64,000 nt of DNA from Alphaproteobacteria bacterium. Its GTDB lineage: Bacteria; Pseudomonadota; Alphaproteobacteria; JBFXJJ01. The stretch is from positions 12,415 to 76,414 of the forward strand of contig JBFXJJ010000008.1 in assembly GCA_050175015.1 (NCBI GenBank), in the 5' to 3' direction. The notes beneath the pieces are model-generated. The model made no database searches. It had not been told where the DNA came from and saw only the letters and a list, made by a program, of their open reading frames with translations. Of the stretch, positions 58,994-64,000 are shown piece after piece. The translations under genes were made by a program, and so were the position numbers. Position 1 is the stretch's first letter. Every line of letters starts with the position of its first letter.

Positions 58994-61900
58994 AAATTAT
59001 AGGAGTTGCTCTTATGTCCCCGCTATTTGAAGTCTGCTCAAGCTCTTTCATTCTTCTATCAAAATCTGCATTTGCTCGTGCTAACTCTGCTTCTTTCATA
59101 ATCTTAATTTTATCGTTATTTGCCTTTTCTAGCTGGGCTTCTATCGTTTTACATCTTGCCCTGTGGCTAATGGTTAGGCTTTGCATTTTATGTTCAACCA
59201 GCTCTTTGTTTAAAGAAAAATGTTCGTTTTTCTTTTCTAACCATTTTTGATAATGTAGGTCTTCAAGTTTGTTTAAAATGCTCTCGTTCAATTCCAACTT
59301 AATATCAGCATTTCTTGCTTGAGAAATTATGTTTAATAGTCTTTGTTCTAGAGCAATGTCATCGGTAATAGAAACTAGCATTTCTTCGTTTTTAATGCCT
59401 GATTTTAACCATTTGTATATGGCAAAATAGTATGTTCCTGATTTTAAGTCGGCATCTTCTAAAGCTAATTTAGTTTTTTTGATTTCTTTGATTTCAAAGA
59501 ATTTTGCTGATTGTTTTATTAATGGGTGAAAAACTGATAAATAAACAATGTCTGGGTTGTCTTTGGCTATTTCTTGTTCAAATGTTATAGAAAGACTAGG
59601 CTTGTTTCCCTTAAGCCATTTTTCCCATTCTCTATGCTGTGGATCGTTAGAGTTATATATGGCTTTTAAATCACTTAACAATAAATCTCTGGCTTCTTGG
59701 CTTAATTTAAGATTTTTAATATCTTTTTCTCCAGAAATATGATTGTCTTCGTTTTTTAATTTATTGCATAAATAGCTATTCAAACAGTTTTGTAAATAAT
59801 TGGGAGATAAGAAAGAATTTTCAGCATCATCTAAGTCGTTTTGCCAAGAACTTTTAGGGATATTTAAGCCAAAAAACTCTGATTGTTTTTCTTCCAAATT
59901 TTGCTCTTCTTGGATAAGTCTGATCTTATTATCTGCTAGCTGTTGTAACCTGTTTTTTCTTTCCTCATCACTTAAATTAAAGTTTTCTGCAATTTCCTTA
60001 ATTTCTTGGTTTATTTCGCCAAGAATTTCTTCATTACCGCCGACTGTAGATTGAAAAACGCCTATACGCCATAAGCATCTTTCATATATATCACCATCTA
60101 CGGTATTGGGAGTTACTAAATTAATGATGGCAACGGTTTCACTTTTCTGCCCATATCTATCAATACGACCTATTCTTTGTTCTATACGCATAGGATTCCA
60201 AGGCAAGTCATAGTTAATTAGTAAATCACAAAATTGGAAATCTAAACCCTCACAGCCAACCTCAGATGATAACAAAACATCTATGGCATTTTCATTTTCT
60301 TTAGGCATAGAAAACCGTTTTCTTAAGTCTGCTCGGTCTTCGTCTTTTATATCTCCATGAATTAAAGCAACCCTGATATTGGCTTTTTTTGTTTTTTCAT
60401 AAAGATAATTTAATGTGTGCCTGAATGTGCTGAAAACCATAGCCTTGTTGTTTTCAAGGTTGTGTTTATCTAATAGGACTTTTATAAAAGCCTCAGCTTT
60501 TGGATCATAAGGGTCTAATGTTTTGGCATCTTCTATTATTTTTGAAATATCGGTTTTTATCTCATCTATAAAGTCGTTGTTATATAAAAAATCCTCATAT
60601 TCATCGTTGGCATAGTTATCACCGTCTAACAAGCTAAGTCTTTTGTTTAAAATATCCGATAGCGTAGGGACAAGAGCGTAAATACAACTTGAGGCTTGTC
60701 TTCGTATTGTTGTCATTAAAAACTTAACGAAACGTTCTCCGTGATAATAAGCTAAAATCTTTCCAACAATTTCAAGCAATTTATCGTGAAGATATTTTTG
60801 GTCTTTTGTAAACTCAACTATAATAGTTTCAGGTTTTCTTGTGGTGAAATTTCCAATATCCCTTCTTCTTGTTCTGTTTATGATGGAACTGAAAGTGTAA
60901 ATTTCTTCAAGATTCTTAATGGTTTTTATTCGTTCGTTATCAAGTATCTTATGTTCTTTCAAGCCATCATATGTTTTTTGAAACAAAGGGTTCTCTCTTA
61001 TAAACATTCTGCCCCATTCAGTATTAGCAACACTTTCAAGTGCAACAATAGCTTCTTTGTTCCAATCTTTGTTAGCTGTTCTGCAACAGCTTATAGCTTT
61101 GTTAATGAAAATATTGGGGGCTGCCATTTGAGAAAAGCTGTTTTTATCTATAACTAGGTCTGGTCTTAAGACGTTTAGCAAAGTAAAGAGGTCTTCACTG
61201 CCGAGTTGAACAGGGGTTGCAGTTAAAAGTAAAACAGCTTGAGCGTTATCACATAAAAAACGAACGCCATTATGTAGCAAAGTGTTCTGGTTTCTAATAT
61301 GATGAGCTTCATCAACAATTACTAAATCAAATTTAGGTGGAGGATCAAGTTCTAACAAACCATAATCTTTGCTTTTGCCTCGGCCTTGTTTGCCAAACAG
61401 GTTGTCTGAATCAAAAAGAGAGAAAGGCATAATTGCTTTAGAATATTTATGAGGCCATTCGCCTTCTAAATAAGTTTCTTGAATACAGCTTCTTAACAAA
61501 GAACCATCTATAGAAGAAAAATCTTCATTAAAACGCTTCATTTCTATTTGCCACTTTTTCTCTGCCACAAGGGCTTTTGGACACATAACTAAAATAGAAG
61601 ATATATCCATTCTTGCTTGTAATTCTTTGATAATTAAACCAGCCTCAATTGTTTTACCAACACCCACCTCATCAGCAATTAATATGCGAGGTCTATCACT
61701 GCGAATCAACTTCATAACAGGTCTATATTGGTATGGAACAAAATTTACTCTGCCCATTCTAAGAGAAAATAGCTCTTTAAAAGATGGGGATAATATTTGA
61801 GAGCTTGTGAGATATGCCTCTAATTCTTTTTTGTTGATAATTTCAGATTTAATTTCTGGTAAGTTTTTAGATTGAAGTTGGCTTTCATAATATGTTGCTA

Positions 61901-62522
61901 TGGTATTGTTTTGAAAAACCTTATATCGTTTTTCTACGCCATCTATTATTTCTATAATTGGAAAAACTGAATTTTCATCTGAACGCAAACAAACAACATC
62001 ACCCACTCTAAATAAAGAAACTTGTTTTTTTTCAAGATTATTGTTTGTCGGACTATCTTCGGCAGAAACTGAATTTTTCAATTCTTTTTGTTGCATTTCT
62101 GCAAGAGATTTTTGCTTGGTATCATTTATTATTTTTATGGTTTCATTTTTAGAGCCTAACGTTTTTAATAGTCTTTCAAGCGTGTCTGCATCTCTATAAA
62201 GTTCATTGGCAGGAACATCTTCAGATGATAAATGAGCCCACTTGTTTCTGACATTTTGCAACTCTTTTAGCCAATTTCTAGCCTCTCTTGGTAAATTGAT
62301 GATAGATGTAATCTCATACCAGTTTTGATCTAAAATTCTTAACAATGCAGCAAAGTCTAGCTGTTCAAGACTTTTTACATTTTTTTCCCTTATTATTCGT
62401 TGTTGCTGAAAACTAAGTCTTTCGATAACGCTTTTTTCCCACCAGTTAGAATCTGTTTTGGGTAGAATGTCATTTAAAAAAACGGTTAGGTCTTTAGTTG
62501 CTAAAGAAATTAAATCAATCAA
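58962..62522 (-). CDS. SNF2-family helicase with N-terminal Swt1-like HEPN domain
   Basis: 1186 aa. HEPN Rx4H motif LQNVRNKWAHLS (coded about 62237-62254). Helicase motifs ADEVGVGKT (I), VIVDEAHHIRN (II), LLTATP (III), IEQRIGRIDRYGQ (VI). Confidence 0.75.
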   Translation of the reverse strand: MIDLISLATKDLTVFLNDILPKTDSNWWEKSVIERLSFQQQRIIREKNVKSLEQLDFAALLRILDQNWYEITSIINLPREARNWLKELQNVRNKWAHLSSEDVPANELYRDADTLERLLKTLGSKNETIKIINDTKQKSLAEMQQKELKNSVSAEDSPTNNNLEKKQVSLFRVGDVVCLRSDENSVFPIIEIIDGVEKRYKVFQNNTIATYYESQLQSKNLPEIKSEIINKKELEAYLTSSQILSPSFKELFSLRMGRVNFVPYQYRPVMKLIRSDRPRILIADEVGVGKTIEAGLIIKELQARMDISSILVMCPKALVAEKKWQIEMKRFNEDFSSIDGSLLRSCIQETYLEGEWPHKYSKAIMPFSLFDSDNLFGKQGRGKSKDYGLLELDPPPKFDLVIVDEAHHIRNQNTLLHNGVRFLCDNAQAVLLLTATPVQLGSEDLFTLLNVLRPDLVIDKNSFSQMAAPNIFINKAISCCRTANKDWNKEAIVALESVANTEWGRMFIRENPLFQKTYDGLKEHKILDNERIKTIKNLEEIYTFSSIINRTRRRDIGNFTTRKPETIIVEFTKDQKYLHDKLLEIVGKILAYYHGERFVKFLMTTIRRQASSCIYALVPTLSDILNKRLSLLDGDNYANDEYEDFLYNNDFIDEIKTDISKIIEDAKTLDPYDPKAEAFIKVLLDKHNLENNKAMVFSTFRHTLNYLYEKTKKANIRVALIHGDIKDEDRADLRKRFSMPKENENAIDVLLSSEVGCEGLDFQFCDLLINYDLPWNPMRIEQRIGRIDRYGQKSETVAIINLVTPNTVDGDIYERCLWRIGVFQSTVGGNEEILGEINQEIKEIAENFNLSDEERKNRLQQLADNKIRLIQEEQNLEEKQSEFFGLNIPKSSWQNDLDDAENSFLSPNYLQNCLNSYLCNKLKNEDNHISGEKDIKNLKLSQEARDLLLSDLKAIYNSNDPQHREWEKWLKGNKPSLSITFEQEIAKDNPDIVYLSVFHPLIKQSAKFFEIKEIKKTKLALEDADLKSGTYYFAIYKWLKSGIKNEEMLVSITDDIALEQRLLNIISQARNADIKLELNESILNKLEDLHYQKWLEKKNEHFSLNKELVEHKMQSLTISHRARCKTIEAQLEKANNDKIKIMKEAELARANADFDRRMKELEQTSNSGDIRATPIIFGVIEVSGKM

Positions 62523-62616
62523 AAGATTCTCCTTAACTCAACATAAATTTAAAATATCGAACCAAAATTATAATAGTTATATTAAGTTTTAAAGTCGATA
62601 TTTTTACTAAAATAAA

Positions 62617-62760
62617 TCGTTGAGCAATAAAGTTGCGAATAATGATTTTCCCATTAGGGCAGGATTAAAGTAGTATTACTTTTACTATCCTGCCTTCTAA
62701 AAGTGTGAGAAATTTTGAGACATTATAAAAATTGATAAATTTTAAAAAAGCCTTTGTTTT
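62617..62760. repeat. Conserved leader element copy B with hairpin (62658-62694), upstream of the HEPN-SNF2 operon
   Basis: Homologous to 42283-42455 (see that entry). Confidence 0.55.
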
Positions 62761-62810
62761 CTAGGTATTTAAAGCGTTAAATATTCAAAACTGATTAATA
62801 AGGGCATCAA

Positions 62811-62950
62811 AATGTCTCAAGAGTCTTGAAAAGTCTTAATAATTCTTAATTTTTCTTAAAAAATCTTAAAATTTCTTAAAGTGTTTCAAAAAGTCCTAAA
62901 AATTCTTAAAAAATCTCAATTTGTTTCAAATGTCTTAAAGTTTTTGAATT
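62811..62950. repeat. About 14 degenerate tandem repeats of roughly 10 bp (TCTTAAAA / TCTCAA / TTCAAA), phased A/T tracts
   Basis: Read directly: ...GTCTCAAGAGTCTTGAAAAGTCTTAATAATTCTTAATTTTTCTTAAAAAATCTTAAAATTTCTTAAAGTG.... Confidence 0.6.
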
Positions 62951-63177
62951 TTCTCATCAATTTGGAGGGCAGGATAGTATCAGCAATATTGCTGATAAAT
63001 TTTGAGGGCTTATTCGCCTTCAGCTCAACGATAAAAACCTACGGGACACTGTAGGGACACTTTTTTATAAAAACGGGTAAAAATGGGCAAAAAATGACAA
63101 TCTCTCTTTTTTCACAAGAGCTTGGTTTTCTTATTGTTTTTGATTGTAAGCGGTTGATATTATTGTCTTTTTGAGAA

Positions 63178-63224
63178 CTCCGAAGCCGAAGGTCGCAGGT
63201 TCGAATCCTGTCGAGTGCGCCACT
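63178..63224 (+). repeat. attR: 47-bp direct repeat of the tRNA-Arg 3' half
   Basis: Identical to 23225-23271. Confidence 0.85.
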
Positions 63225-63320
63225 TAATATTTGGGGGGTTTAAAGCGAGCAGTTATTTAATATTTTTAAATTGTGAGCTTAGGCAGCGACCAGCTTTAGA
63301 GCAGGCTTAAAATGTTCTAT

Positions 63321-64000
63321 TTAAATGGCAAACGTTTTAAAAACTACTGCAAAACTTTCAGCAACAGCATTCAAGAATTCATCGGTTGAAGCATATTCGT
63401 CACGTTTTGGATTAGAATTGCCTGTAATTGCTATTCTTAAATCCTTAGTCATAGTGCCATCTTCAATGGTTTTTATACAGGTGCTTTCCAGTTTTTCTGC
63501 AAAATTGCATAGTTCTTGATTGCTATCTAATTTTCCTCTATGGCTCAGAGCTGTTGTCCATGCAAAGATGCTTGCTATCGGATTTGTACTTGTTTCTTTG
63601 CCTTTCATATGTTCGCGGTAATGCCTTGTTACAGTTCCGTGAGCGGCTTCGGCTTCAATAGTTTTGCCGTCAGGACAAACTAAAACTGATGTCATTAATC
63701 CTAAAGAACCAAAACCTTGGGCTATGGTGTCAGACTGTACGTCACCGTCATAATTTTTACATGCCCAGATAATACCACCGTCCCATTTTAAAACTTGGGC
63801 AACCATATCATCTATTAAGCGGTGTTCATAGGTTATGCCTGCGGTCTCAAATTTTTTAGAAAATTCCTTTTCATAAATGGAAGCAAAAATATCCTTAAAA
63901 CGGCCATCATAAGTTTTAAGAATGGTGTTTTTAGTGCTTAGATATAAAGGGTATTTAAGCTGCAAGGCATAATTCATACAGCTTCTGGCAAAATCAGCAA
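63321..64000 (-). CDS. icd: NADP-dependent isocitrate dehydrogenase (eukaryotic-type, IDH1/2-like), C-terminal part; the gene continues beyond the window end
   Basis: ...[70 protein letters not shown]...[13 protein letters not shown]... matches type II homodimeric NADP-IDH. Confidence 0.85.
   Translation of the reverse strand, partial: ADFARSCMNYALQLKYPLYLSTKNTILKTYDGRFKDIFASIYEKEFSKKFETAGITYEHRLIDDMVAQVLKWDGGIIWACKNYDGDVQSDTIAQGFGSLGLMTSVLVCPDGKTIEAEAAHGTVTRHYREHMKGKETSTNPIASIFAWTTALSHRGKLDSNQELCNFAEKLESTCIKTIEDGTMTKDLRIAITGNSNPKRDEYASTDEFLNAVAESFAVVFKTFAI

Noticed and set aside
62811-62950. Possible CRISPR array
   Set aside because: Units are only about 10 bp, degenerate, and lack unique spacers or any cas genes. 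Interpreted as phased A/T-tract repeats instead.

Overview
AT-rich bacterial chromosomal window. The left third (1-23 kb) is core housekeeping and redox genes. It holds a class II DAHP synthase 5' fragment, nadE, gltX, cysS, a GGDEF/EAL protein, a minus-strand PLP/sulfur-enzyme operon, a redox-sensing module (rex, a PAS-bearing [FeFe]-hydrogenase-like protein, a PP2C phosphatase, thioredoxin-like ferredoxins and a catalytic [FeFe]-hydrogenase-like protein), a U32 peptidase and cspA.

At 23.19 kb a tRNA-Arg(CCG) gene is followed by a tyrosine integrase. A 47-bp direct repeat of the tRNA 3' half recurs at 63.18 kb, just before the 3' end of a eukaryotic-type NADP isocitrate dehydrogenase gene. 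This delimits a genomic island of about 40 kb.

Nested inside the island is a second element, 24.8-54.0 kb. It is bounded by imperfect direct repeats derived from the tRNA-Met 3' half. It carries a P4-type integrase, an AlpA-like regulator, a Toprim primase with a duplicated iteron cluster, a MobA/MobC relaxosome, a methyl-accepting chemotaxis protein, three toxin-antitoxin pairs and a long co-directional run of putative phage-defence genes. These are a type IIG-like N6-adenine methyltransferase/restriction enzyme, a Lamassu-like SMC ATPase triad, a HEPN protein, a PLD-SNF2 helicase fusion, and a three-gene cassette with no recognisable homologues.

The outer island's right arm (54.1-62.5 kb) carries the most novel-looking cassette. 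It has an SNF2 helicase with an N-terminal Swt1-like HEPN domain, a GHKL (HATPase_c) ATPase with a C-terminal DUF3883, and a zeta-toxin-like P-loop protein. This cassette and the big defence operon inside the inner element are each preceded by a homologous hairpin-containing leader of about 150 bp plus phased short A/T-rich direct repeats. All calls are from reading the sequence and motifs; no database searches were run.
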